A stretch of DNA of 38,438 bases, taken from assembly GCA_016932355.1 (NCBI GenBank), contig JAFGDB010000030.1, positions 1 through 38,438 of the forward strand, in the 5' to 3' direction. Positions 27,848-36,916 of this stretch are shown in pieces (positions within the stretch are counted from its first letter, which is position 1; each line of letters begins with the position of its first letter). Under the pieces are notes generated by a model. It was not told where the DNA came from and searched no databases. It saw only the letters and a list, made by a program, of their open reading frames with translations. The translations under genes and the position numbers were made by a program. Source of the DNA: Candidatus Iainarchaeum sp. GTDB taxonomy: Archaea > Iainarchaeota > Iainarchaeia > Iainarchaeales > GCA-2688035.

Positions 27848-28167
27848 TTATTGCAGGTTTTTTAAAAGAGCTTCAATCATTTCCCTGGTTTTCCCTCTGT
27901 CAAATTTTCCTATTTTTTGAGTGCTGCCTCTTCGTCCATTGTTGCTATAACGCTTGCCCTTGCATAGCTCTCCCTGTCAAGCTTTCCTTCAGCCAAATGC
28001 TTCTGGATTGGAATGCTCTGCCCTCCTGGGCTTGTGGTTATCGGGCAAAACCAGCAATCATGCCTTTTGTTGTGCTCGTTGTTTGAAACAACCAGGGCAG
28101 GCCTTATCTTGTAATCAATCCTGTTTGAGAAGGGGAACCTTGCAAGTATTATGTCGCCTTGCTCCAA
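27848..28167 (-). pseudogene. mazF: PemK/MazF-family endoribonuclease toxin with a 1-nt frameshift near the 3' end (85 aa as read, 106 aa if restored)
   Basis: GDIILARFPFS...KIRPALVVSN...CPITT is the PemK signature. The frame stops at CTC AAA AAA TAG (27910). One more A gives KKIGKFDRGKTREMIEALLKNLQ-stop (27848), a typical PemK terminal helix. TTG start with GAGGGG RBS. Confidence 0.85.
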
Positions 28168-28178
28168 AAGAAACCCCT

Positions 28179-28388
28179 CTACAGATAGCCTTTCCAGTAG
28201 GCATTGTCTTCATCTTTCCAGGCCTTTGCAAGGGCCTTTTCAGACCATTTTGCGTAATTCTCCTTGGCCATCTTTTCGCGGAACATTTCCCTGATTAGCT
28301 CGCTCCTGCTTTTGTAAAGGCCTTTCCTGACCTGGGCATCTGCCCACTTTTCCATCTGCTGTGTTACATCTGCGCTGATGGTAGTCAT
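28179..28388 (-). CDS. Ribbon-helix-helix (CopG/Arc/MetJ-type) antitoxin, 69 aa
   Basis: N-terminal beta strand TTISADVT, then GLYKSRSELIRE. C-terminal SEKALAKAWKDEDNAYW resembles antitoxins found next to PemK toxins. It lies directly upstream of the toxin. Confidence 0.85.
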   Translation of the reverse strand: MTTISADVTQQMEKWADAQVRKGLYKSRSELIREMFREKMAKENYAKWSEKALAKAWKDEDNAYWKGYL

Positions 28389-28395
28389 AAGAGAA

Positions 28396-28420
28396 TATAT
28401 AGCGGGCTATATAATTTAAA
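28396..28420 (-). promoter_or_regulatory. TA operon promoter/operator: TATA-like box plus perfect 8-bp inverted repeat
   Basis: TATATAGC-gg-GCTATATA at 28396-28413 lies between TTTAAA (28415-28420) and the antitoxin ATG (28388). Confidence 0.7.
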
Positions 28421-28447
28421 AATATGCCCCTGTACGCAAAGCTGCCT

Positions 28448-31400
28448 TTACTCCTCTTCCCTGAATTGCATCCAGGCTGACCTTATCTCCCTAATCTTGC
28501 TAAGGTATGTGCTCGGGCTTTTTGTGCTTGTGAAGCTTGTTAAGTAGTTTTCCCCCTTTTCAAGCGAGTTCCTCAGCCTTTGCGCAGCGCACCCTATTAT
28601 TGCATTTACCTCTTTCTCGCTGTTTTTCTGCTTCCACCATTCCTTCTCTATTCCGCAGCCCTTTATGTTTTCAGGCTCATAGAGCAGCACAGCCATCAGC
28701 ATTTCCTCGTCAATGGCTATGCCTTCCTTTTCAGCCCTGTAGTAATCTGCAAAGTACCTTATAACCATCTGGTTTTCGTTGTAGAGGATTGCCTGCTCTT
28801 GGCTTACCTTGTCATTTGGGTATGGCTTTAGCTTTCCAAGGAAACCGGCATCCTCTTTCCCATAATTCTTGCAGTCAGTGTTCCAGTTGCTTTCCTTGCT
28901 GCTTTCAAAGGCTTTTGCCATCTCCCCATACCGCCCTTCCCCAAGAGCCATTATGTTAACGCTTGTCCTGCCCAAGCTGTCTTTGGAAATGGTTACCTTG
29001 TGCGGCTGGTTCTTCACAAGCTCAAGCTCTTTTACAACAGGCTTCTGCGCAATTACATTGCCCTGCTCGTCAACAACATCTGTCATCATGCTTGTTGTAA
29101 ACCTTGCCTGCTCCTGCACGGCATCAGGCCCAATTCCCTCCCAGTACGCCAAATACAGGGCCATGCCTGCAGCGTTTGCAACCAGCCCTGAGAGAACGCC
29201 CTTTGCAAGGCCCTTGCCAAAGTTTGCAAGCTTCTTTGAGAACTTCGGGCTTTCAACATATTCCTTCATGATTTTTGATGCATCGCTTCCAAACTTGCCC
29301 TGCAGCTTTGTTACAACCTCTGCGTTAACCCTTTTCTGCAGCGCCTTGTAAACAGCCTTGTTGTTTGCTGCGTCTGCAGCAAAGTCTGCCATTGAATTCC
29401 TGACAAGGTCTTCAACGCTTGACTGCATCTGCCCAAGGAACCTTGCCTTTTCAGCTTCAGCCATCTTGTCAACCAAGTCATTTATGCTGAATTTCCTGAG
29501 TGCGTTCTTTGGAATTCCTGTTGTGCCTGACAGCTTGGTAATTGCATCATTGTAAATGTCCATCATTGCCTTTTGGGCTGCTGGCTTTGTATAGCCTGTT
29601 TTGGTAACGCTTTTCTTGATTGCGTCCTCAAAATTGCTTCTGCCCCCAAATTCGTCCCATATGCTGTCCATCATGTCTCGGTCAAGCGAATCAAAGGATG
29701 AAATAATTTTCCTTGAAACGCTTTCCTGTACCTCCTTTCCACTGAGCGTTCCAAGCGAGTCCATCTGCATGCTTGCAAATGCCTCGTCCCCTATCTTTCT
29801 TGCGTCAAATATTGTGTTTGTCCTGTTCCTTATTGCATTATCCAGCAGCGAGCCTTTTGCAATTGTCCCTGTGGCAATTCCCTCACCCAGCTGCTTGTTA
29901 AACTCATCCTGCATGTCTGCAAATGCCTTGTCAATAACTGCGTTTGCCACATCCTTCAGCGGCTTGCCCTTCAGGCTTGGCTGCAGTGTTGTAAGGTGCC
30001 AGCTGCTTGGCCTTACCCCTGGCGGGCCTTTTACAAAAAGGTTTTCTGCTGCGGCATCCTTTGCCTTTTCAACGAGCTTTTTCTGCAAGTCATCTGCAAC
30101 TGTTTTAGGCAAGCCTGCCATCTTCTTTGTTATGAACTGTTTTGCATACTCATCCCAAAGGCCTGAGTTTACAAGCGTTCTTGCGCTTGACAATGTAAGT
30201 GTCTTGCTTGTTGCGCTAAGCCCCTCTATCACTGCCTTTGTTCCTGAGAATGTGGCTGCCCCCTTGAGCAGTGTTCCAAACTGTGAGTTTGCCTCATCCT
30301 CTGAGATGTATTCCCCTGGCGTTTCGCCTGCATCCAAATCAACAATGTCTTGCCCTCCAAACACTTTGCTTACTCCATTCAGCACTATTCCAATGGCTTT
30401 TCCAACCGGCCCTAAGGCTGTTTTGACTGCATTGATTGCAAACTCCTTTGCTGCCTTTGTTGTTTCTGTAAGGTCAAGTATTGCTGGCATTGCAGGAAGC
30501 ACGCAGTCAAATGCAACGCTTCCCCATGGCGAGAAGAATGCAATCGGGGCGCATGCCCCCATGTACAACCCCAGTGATGCAATCCTGTCTGGCCTTGCCT
30601 CCTTTTCATAGCTGCTCAGGCCGCTTACTGGTTCTCCAACTGCTGCTGGCCCCATTTCCTCAATTTCCCTCTGCAAAGCGTAAAGCCTTTCCAGCTTTGG
30701 GAATGAGAGTGTGTCAGGGCTTCCCTGCCAGCCTGGCATTGCATAGTATATTTCCTCCTTGCCTTTCTCCATTGCCTTTTCCCTTTCAGTAATCTTCTTT
30801 ACAAGCTCAAGCGGGTGGATTCCGCAGACCTCTATTGCAATTGCATGCGCCTTCTCCGTTTTTCTCCCATCATAAATGCTTCCATAGGCGGTAAGCTCAA
30901 TGCTCTTCACTGATGCAGGGGCAAGCGCAAACTCGTTGCTTCCCTTTACGCACATTACAAACTCTTCCCCATAAAGCTTGTTTTGGGTTGAGCCTTCTGT
31001 GCTTCCAGCTTCCTCTGTGCTTGCAGGCTGACTAGGTTCTGCACTTCCTGGCTGTGCAGGCTCTGGCTTAAGCTCTTTGAGTGAAACCTTTTTGCTTTTC
31101 TCCCCTTTCTGGCCTGCTGTCCTGTTCTCCTCTTTGAGCAGTGGCTCTGCGTCAATGCCCTTCTTCTCATAGTCTGCCTTTTTGTATATTGCAACTGATT
31201 CAATGCCTGCCCTTTCCTGCTTTGCAAGGAAGCTGGTTGAAACCTGCACTGATTCCTTTGCATCGCTCTCCACGCTGAATTCAGCGCAGTTGACCTGGTT
31301 GTTTATCCTTATGCTTTCATCGCCCTTTACTTGGAATGTGGGGTAGAGCTTCCTGAAGTTCTGCCCGCTTTTCATTACAATGTACTGCCCGTCCTCGCTT

Positions 31401-34400
31401 ATGCAGTCCTCTTCCCCAAATTTGTGGATTATGAATGCACCCATTGCGTCTGCTATTCCCTCTGCCATCTCCTTGTTGCTTGGCTCAAACTGGGTTGGCG
31501 CATATGCCTTTACTGTCTTTTCTGAGTCTGGGTTGCCCTCCTTTTCAAGCTCTATTAGGAGAAGGCCGCTTTTTGTGTCTCCCTTTAAAATTGCAAGCGC
31601 ATTGCTGTTTTCGCTTTTTGTTGATGTCCTGCCGTCTGTTTTTCCAAACAGTTCCTGTGCAAGCAGCTTTGGCAGCTCTCCAAGCTCTTGGCTGCTTCCC
31701 TGCACATATCCAGGCCACGCGCTTCCTGAAAGCCCATATCCCTCGTCAACAGGCAGGAAGTTAATAACATTTTGCACATAGTTCCAGCACTGGCCTGTGT
31801 CTGCCCTGTCCTGCTCAATGGTTATTGTCAGGGCAAAGTTCCTGCCTTCCTCTGAGATTATTTCACCATTTGAAACCTGCATTGCCCCGTTTATTTCAAC
31901 ATAGTATTTTCCGCATCCCTTGAATGGCTTTTCAAGGTAGATATTTCCAAATGTGAAGCCTGCACCGCTTATGTCCTCCAGGTCAATTGCGTTTTGCTTT
32001 ACGTCATAGCCCTTGAGCTCTGTCTTGCTGAATTCCCTCAGCTCCTTAATAAGTGTTTCATAGTCCATGAAGTCAAGCTGCAGGAAAACAGGCAGTATTT
32101 CCCTCTTTACATTCATTTCGTCAAAGCTGCAGTGCCTCCTCTCCCTTGCTGCGCACCCTCCAAACTCTGAGGCCTGGTATTTTGCCTTTGCTGCCTTGTC
32201 CTTTGCAAGCGTTACCATGTCATCTGCTTTCCTGACAATGTATTGCGCAAGCTGCTTTGCATCGCAGTATCCATCAGAGCAGTTGCTGCTCAGCAGCGGG
32301 AAGCTCACCCTTTTTGTGTCCTCGCTGTCGCAGACCTTTATGCTTACCTCTTCTGTTGCCTTTCCCTCTGCTGCTGCTACAAGCCTGCCGAGCTTTACTG
32401 TTACTGAAAGCTCATCTGATTCAATTATCTTGTTCTGGTTTACGAGAAGGGCCAGTGCCTTTATTTTTGCCGCCCTGTCCATTTCCTGGCTTCCAACCAT
32501 CCTTAGGCTGAATGTGCTTTCCTGGCTTGGCTGCAGCACGATGTTTGCCGGGAACAGCATGAATGCATTGCTTCCAACTGCGCCTGGCTTTGTTGTGCCT
32601 GTAACCCTCAAGGGTTCGCCGCACTCGTTCTTGAGCTTTACCTGCCTTTCAATTATTGCAGTTGCCTTCTGGCTTGAGAAAACCATGCTTTCAATTGCCT
32701 CTGCCTTCAGGCACTGCGTTCCTGTGTAATTTACTCCAACCTCTGTCCTGCCCAAATCAGGGTAATACCTTCCGTTTATCACGCCTCCAAAGTATACATA
32801 GCCCTGTGCTGGCTCTGTCAGGGCTTCTGACTTGCTTGTTTCAGCGTAAACATGCCTTGTTGGGCTCAGCGCCTGTCCTGGCATCAGGTTTATTGAGCTT
32901 ATTGCTGTGGGCTTTATCTGCGCGCTTATTCCATATCTCCTGTAAGCTGTGTCCTCTATTGCTGCCCTGAATGCTGTTATTGGCGCAAACCCAGTGTTCA
33001 TCAGCTGGATTGGGACCTGGCCATATGCCCTTTCCTCTGCCGCTGCCCTTGCAAGCCACATTGTCAGGGTTGGCGGATAGCTTAAATTGCTGCTGGGGTT
33101 CCAGAGCTCTACTGAAAGCTTTATTGTTTTGTTGAGCTGGTCTGATTCAAGCTCTATGCTGAAGTACCTTCTTTCCTGCATTGCGTAAAGCCTGTCAATT
33201 GTGTTGCTTGCAGTGATTTTCAGCTTTTCAGTTGATTCCTTTTCAATCCTCAATGGTTCAACTGCAACGCTTAAATTTGGGTCTTGCTCCTGGGGCTTTA
33301 CCTTTGCGTTGAGCAAAAGCGAAGCCTCACAGTTGTTTTCAACCTCAATTTCCTGGGTTGCGCTGCTTCCTGCTGTCCCAATAAGCCTGATGACAACCTC
33401 CTCTGTGTCAAATTCCAGGCAGTCTGAGTCAAGCTGCTTGTTGTAGTTTGCCACAAGCCTTGCCGTTGTTTTTGTGGGAAAGCTTCCTGCAGCCATGCCC
33501 TTTATTACAAGGTCTGCCTCGCCGTGAAGGCTTTCCTGGCTTTCATCCGTTGTGCTGACTGAAACAGTTATGTTTGCGCTTCCGCTTCCCTTTCCTGCAA
33601 TTGTGCTCGGCATTTCAACTTTTACAGAGAATTCCTCTGGAAATCCTGAATCCTTCTCAAGCTCGTATGCAAGCCCTGTTATTTCCTGTTCCCCTGTATT
33701 GGTTATTGCTGCTGCCGCGCTTTTGTACTTCTCACCTTTCCCTATGTTAATCTCTATCGGGCTTTCAACTGTGAGAATGCCGTCCTTTGCAATTGTTATT
33801 TCAAGTTCCCCTGTTTTGTAGCCTGGGGCGCTTGCCTCTGCTGTGTAAAGCCCTGGCTCCAGGCTGTTTTTGAAAAGGTATTCGCCGTTCAGGCCCCTTC
33901 TGCTTGCGCCATTGCCTACAACAGTTAACGCGATTTTCCCGCTGCTGTCCTTAAGGCGGATTGTTGCGTTCTCTATATCCTGGCCGTCCTCACTGTCCAT
34001 AACGCTTATTGTAAAGTCCTCTCCAATGCCTATTTCCTCTGGCTTAACTCTCACAAGCATTGTCTTGTTTCGCTCTATCTGGAAGCTTGCTTCCTCATTG
34101 AGGACAATTGCGCCTGAAACAGCCTGCACCTTGATTGATGCTGTTCCCTCTTCAAACGGCTTAAAGTATGCCCTTACCTTCCTGGCCTCTGTTCCAACAG
34201 AAAGGCTGCTTATTGTAATGCCTGTCTGCTGGCCTGATTCAATGAATTCCAGTGGGTTTTCGCTTTCCTGCTGTGCTAATGTAGTTTCTCCAAGTTCGAG
34301 GAAGCCCTGCCCTGAAAGGTCTGTCTGCGCTGGAAGCTGCTCATCTAATATTGGTTCCCCGAGAAAGTCGTCAACCTCATAGCCTGTGAAGTAAATTAGG

Positions 34401-36910
34401 GGGTTTGCTTTGTCAGTGTCTATTTTCAGCGTTGCTGTCCTTTCGGCATCGGCACTGAGCTCTATCTGCAGCGCATAGAGCTCTTCGGTTACCGCCCTAA
34501 ACTCTGCCTTTTCAACGAACAGCCCATTGGGCATTACAAACAGGTAGTTTGCGCAGAGCCCTTCCTCACAGACTGCCTCGCTTGAAAAAACGCTGATTTC
34601 CTCATCATGGGTTTCAGAGTAAAGCCCTGTTTTTGAGGAAACATACCTCTCGTTTCCAAGCTCTGGGTCTGCTGGATGCCTGTAATATTGCTGTGCAATC
34701 TGGCTCCATGCCCTGTAGTGCAGCTCAATGCTTTCCTCAGTTATTGAGTTTCTTGCCTGCACCTTTACGCTCACAACAGTTGTGTTCTCCGGGCTTTCAA
34801 AGTATAGCTCAAGCAGCTTGTTGAGCTGGCCTGTGCTTCCCTTGTTGAGCATGTCTGCTGCCTCATTTCCAGGCAGCGGGAATGGCTGGTAGCTTTTCCC
34901 ATAAAAGTATTTTCCAGTAACTGCATCAAAGCCTGCAATTCCTGCCTGCTGCGAGTCTACAAAGGCTGTGTCATCGCTCCCAAGCCTTACATGGATGCCG
35001 CCTTTTTCAAGCCCTTCAGGCCAGTTTACCTCAAACTTGAGCCAGTAATACTTTCCAGGGGTTATGCCTTCAACCTCAACCCAGTCATCGTTGTATGCCC
35101 CTAAAAAATTTATTTCGGGGGCGAGTGCGTCAACCTCTTCCCCAAGCGTTACCCTTACAGTGTCCTGGCCCTCCACGTTCACCTGCTGGCTGAATGTTTT
35201 GCCCTCGCTTGTTTCAACCCAGAGGTTTACCTCTTTGTTGCCCCTTGAGTCAAAGTAAATGCTGCCATTGCTTATGTTTCCGTCAAAGAGAAGCGCGCCG
35301 CTTGCGCTTTCAATTTCTGCTGTTCCTGTTACAGGGTTTCCCTCGCTGTCAAATATCTGAAGCTCAACAATGTTCACAGGCTTTTCCATCACTATTATGA
35401 GCTGGTTTTCCTTGTTTGCCTCAATCAGCTTTTCTGCCTTGCCCTCCTGCAGGTCCTTTTTTGCCTCAACAACCACTGTTGAGCTGATTGCAGCCTTTAT
35501 TGAGGCATACCCGCTTATGTCTGTTTTAAGCGATGGAATTCCAAGAGGGAGCTCTTTTCCTTCAACCTTTTCAGAGAAGTAGAGGTCTGCGTTGTTTGCT
35601 GCAGCATTGTATGAGTCAAAAACGCTTATTCCAAGGTATGAGCTGTTTGTCTGGTCTGTTGCAGTAAGCCTTATGTCAACGCTCTCTGTTTCAGCAATGT
35701 TCACGAGTTCCCTTGCCGGCAGGTATCCTGCCCTGTAGCCTGTAACATAATACTTTTCTGGTGCAAGGTTTTCAAACAGCGCCATGCCCGCAAACGCTGT
35801 TTCTGTCGCCTCAAGGAAGTTGCCGTTGCTGTCAAAAAGCTGCACTGCTGCATCGCTCAATGGAACATCCGCTGAGTAAACCGTTACCTCAAGCTGGTTT
35901 CCGCCAACTTCCAAATTTACAATCCACTGCTCTTCATCAAGCCTGAGTGTCCTGCTTTCAGCCCTTTCCAGGCTGTCATACCTTAAAAAGCCGTCTTTCT
36001 GCACAATCAGCCTTACACTTGTTCCCTTTGTTATGCTGAACACTGCCTCGCTTCCCTCAAGCACCCTTTCCTCAAGCAAAGTGTCTGTTGTCCTGTCCAT
36101 TGCAATTGCTTTTGCGCCCTCAACTGCCTCGCCAAACTCGTCCTCTATTGAAACAATGAGTGCTGTTTCGCCTGCAAGCGAAATGCTGTCTGGTTCCAAT
36201 TCAATTTCTGCAAGCTCGCCCTCTTTAAAGCTCTTTGCCAGCGTAACCCTTTCATAGCCGTCAGCGCTCACTGAAACAGTTACATCAATGCCCTCTGGAA
36301 TGCCTGTAAAGCTTGCCTTGCCCTCGCTGTTTGTGATTGCGCTCATTGTAATGTCCTGCCATTCAATGCCGACAAGCGCTTCCTTTACTGCATCTCCAGT
36401 AATGCTGTCCACAAGCTGCAGCTCTGCCTGGATCTGCCTGATCTGCCTCTGCATCTGCATCAGGAGCGAGGTTTCATCCCTTGCCACAGTTACTGCCTTT
36501 TCCGAAATGTCAAAGCCCTGCTTTGAGGCTGAAACCACAAGCTCTGCCCCGATCGGTATAGCCTGCAAGTGTATGGTTTCGCCGCTTGCAACTGTTTTCG
36601 GGCCTGTTATCACCTGCCCTGACTGGTTTTTCACTGTTACCTGCACGCCTGAGACAGTCTGGCCAAACTGGTCCTGGAAGCTTACAGTAATGCCAGGGTT
36701 TATTGTGTTTCCGATGAAGACAAGCCCAAACACAAGGGCCAGGACAAGCACAATCAGTGCAACTGTTATTGGGAATGCAGGCAGGCCCTTTTCCTCAAGA
36801 AAGTCGTTGTAGCTGTAAACAGGAATGCCTTTTGCATCCAGGAAGTCGAGCAGTGCATAGTATTTCTCTTCAAGCGCAGTGTATATCCCTGACAGCTTTT
36901 CCCCAAACAT
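28448..36910 (-). CDS. Giant membrane-anchored surface protein G4 (about 2820 aa): Ig-like stalk, divergent core, long helical region with hydrophobic segments, C-terminal lysozyme/SLT-like domain
   Basis: Uninterrupted 8.5-kb ORF (ATG 36910; alternative TTG 36916). Leader YTALEEKYYALLDFLD...LPAF + TM. Motifs HYRAW..RHPADPELG..KTGLY and YCDAKQL. Unique C-terminal extension. Confidence 0.92.
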   Translation of the reverse strand: MFGEKLSGIYTALEEKYYALLDFLDAKGIPVYSYNDFLEEKGLPAFPITVALIVLVLALVFGLVFIGNTINPGITVSFQDQFGQTVSGVQVTVKNQSGQVITGPKTVASGETIHLQAIPIGAELVVSASKQGFDISEKAVTVARDETSLLMQMQRQIRQIQAELQLVDSITGDAVKEALVGIEWQDITMSAITNSEGKASFTGIPEGIDVTVSVSADGYERVTLAKSFKEGELAEIELEPDSISLAGETALIVSIEDEFGEAVEGAKAIAMDRTTDTLLEERVLEGSEAVFSITKGTSVRLIVQKDGFLRYDSLERAESRTLRLDEEQWIVNLEVGGNQLEVTVYSADVPLSDAAVQLFDSNGNFLEATETAFAGMALFENLAPEKYYVTGYRAGYLPARELVNIAETESVDIRLTATDQTNSSYLGISVFDSYNAAANNADLYFSEKVEGKELPLGIPSLKTDISGYASIKAAISSTVVVEAKKDLQEGKAEKLIEANKENQLIIVMEKPVNIVELQIFDSEGNPVTGTAEIESASGALLFDGNISNGSIYFDSRGNKEVNLWVETSEGKTFSQQVNVEGQDTVRVTLGEEVDALAPEINFLGAYNDDWVEVEGITPGKYYWLKFEVNWPEGLEKGGIHVRLGSDDTAFVDSQQAGIAGFDAVTGKYFYGKSYQPFPLPGNEAADMLNKGSTGQLNKLLELYFESPENTTVVSVKVQARNSITEESIELHYRAWSQIAQQYYRHPADPELGNERYVSSKTGLYSETHDEEISVFSSEAVCEEGLCANYLFVMPNGLFVEKAEFRAVTEELYALQIELSADAERTATLKIDTDKANPLIYFTGYEVDDFLGEPILDEQLPAQTDLSGQGFLELGETTLAQQESENPLEFIESGQQTGITISSLSVGTEARKVRAYFKPFEEGTASIKVQAVSGAIVLNEEASFQIERNKTMLVRVKPEEIGIGEDFTISVMDSEDGQDIENATIRLKDSSGKIALTVVGNGASRRGLNGEYLFKNSLEPGLYTAEASAPGYKTGELEITIAKDGILTVESPIEINIGKGEKYKSAAAAITNTGEQEITGLAYELEKDSGFPEEFSVKVEMPSTIAGKGSGSANITVSVSTTDESQESLHGEADLVIKGMAAGSFPTKTTARLVANYNKQLDSDCLEFDTEEVVIRLIGTAGSSATQEIEVENNCEASLLLNAKVKPQEQDPNLSVAVEPLRIEKESTEKLKITASNTIDRLYAMQERRYFSIELESDQLNKTIKLSVELWNPSSNLSYPPTLTMWLARAAAEERAYGQVPIQLMNTGFAPITAFRAAIEDTAYRRYGISAQIKPTAISSINLMPGQALSPTRHVYAETSKSEALTEPAQGYVYFGGVINGRYYPDLGRTEVGVNYTGTQCLKAEAIESMVFSSQKATAIIERQVKLKNECGEPLRVTGTTKPGAVGSNAFMLFPANIVLQPSQESTFSLRMVGSQEMDRAAKIKALALLVNQNKIIESDELSVTVKLGRLVAAAEGKATEEVSIKVCDSEDTKRVSFPLLSSNCSDGYCDAKQLAQYIVRKADDMVTLAKDKAAKAKYQASEFGGCAARERRHCSFDEMNVKREILPVFLQLDFMDYETLIKELREFSKTELKGYDVKQNAIDLEDISGAGFTFGNIYLEKPFKGCGKYYVEINGAMQVSNGEIISEEGRNFALTITIEQDRADTGQCWNYVQNVINFLPVDEGYGLSGSAWPGYVQGSSQELGELPKLLAQELFGKTDGRTSTKSENSNALAILKGDTKSGLLLIELEKEGNPDSEKTVKAYAPTQFEPSNKEMAEGIADAMGAFIIHKFGEEDCISEDGQYIVMKSGQNFRKLYPTFQVKGDESIRINNQVNCAEFSVESDAKESVQVSTSFLAKQERAGIESVAIYKKADYEKKGIDAEPLLKEENRTAGQKGEKSKKVSLKELKPEPAQPGSAEPSQPASTEEAGSTEGSTQNKLYGEEFVMCVKGSNEFALAPASVKSIELTAYGSIYDGRKTEKAHAIAIEVCGIHPLELVKKITEREKAMEKGKEEIYYAMPGWQGSPDTLSFPKLERLYALQREIEEMGPAAVGEPVSGLSSYEKEARPDRIASLGLYMGACAPIAFFSPWGSVAFDCVLPAMPAILDLTETTKAAKEFAINAVKTALGPVGKAIGIVLNGVSKVFGGQDIVDLDAGETPGEYISEDEANSQFGTLLKGAATFSGTKAVIEGLSATSKTLTLSSARTLVNSGLWDEYAKQFITKKMAGLPKTVADDLQKKLVEKAKDAAAENLFVKGPPGVRPSSWHLTTLQPSLKGKPLKDVANAVIDKAFADMQDEFNKQLGEGIATGTIAKGSLLDNAIRNRTNTIFDARKIGDEAFASMQMDSLGTLSGKEVQESVSRKIISSFDSLDRDMMDSIWDEFGGRSNFEDAIKKSVTKTGYTKPAAQKAMMDIYNDAITKLSGTTGIPKNALRKFSINDLVDKMAEAEKARFLGQMQSSVEDLVRNSMADFAADAANNKAVYKALQKRVNAEVVTKLQGKFGSDASKIMKEYVESPKFSKKLANFGKGLAKGVLSGLVANAAGMALYLAYWEGIGPDAVQEQARFTTSMMTDVVDEQGNVIAQKPVVKELELVKNQPHKVTISKDSLGRTSVNIMALGEGRYGEMAKAFESSKESNWNTDCKNYGKEDAGFLGKLKPYPNDKVSQEQAILYNENQMVIRYFADYYRAEKEGIAIDEEMLMAVLLYEPENIKGCGIEKEWWKQKNSEKEVNAIIGCAAQRLRNSLEKGENYLTSFTSTKSPSTYLSKIREIRSAWMQFREEE

Positions 36911-36916
36911 TTTCAA

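Noticed and set aside
29601..30611. 336-aa plus-strand ORF
   Set aside because: Antisense to the helical region of G4; a Ser/Phe/Leu-rich shadow frame.
2806..36910. Calling the giant proteins carboxypeptidases or plain S-layer proteins
   Set aside because: Only the non-catalytic regulatory-like beta-sandwich pattern is visible and I saw no peptidase active-site motif. An S-layer role cannot be excluded but would not explain the distinct hydrophobic and lysozyme-like payloads.
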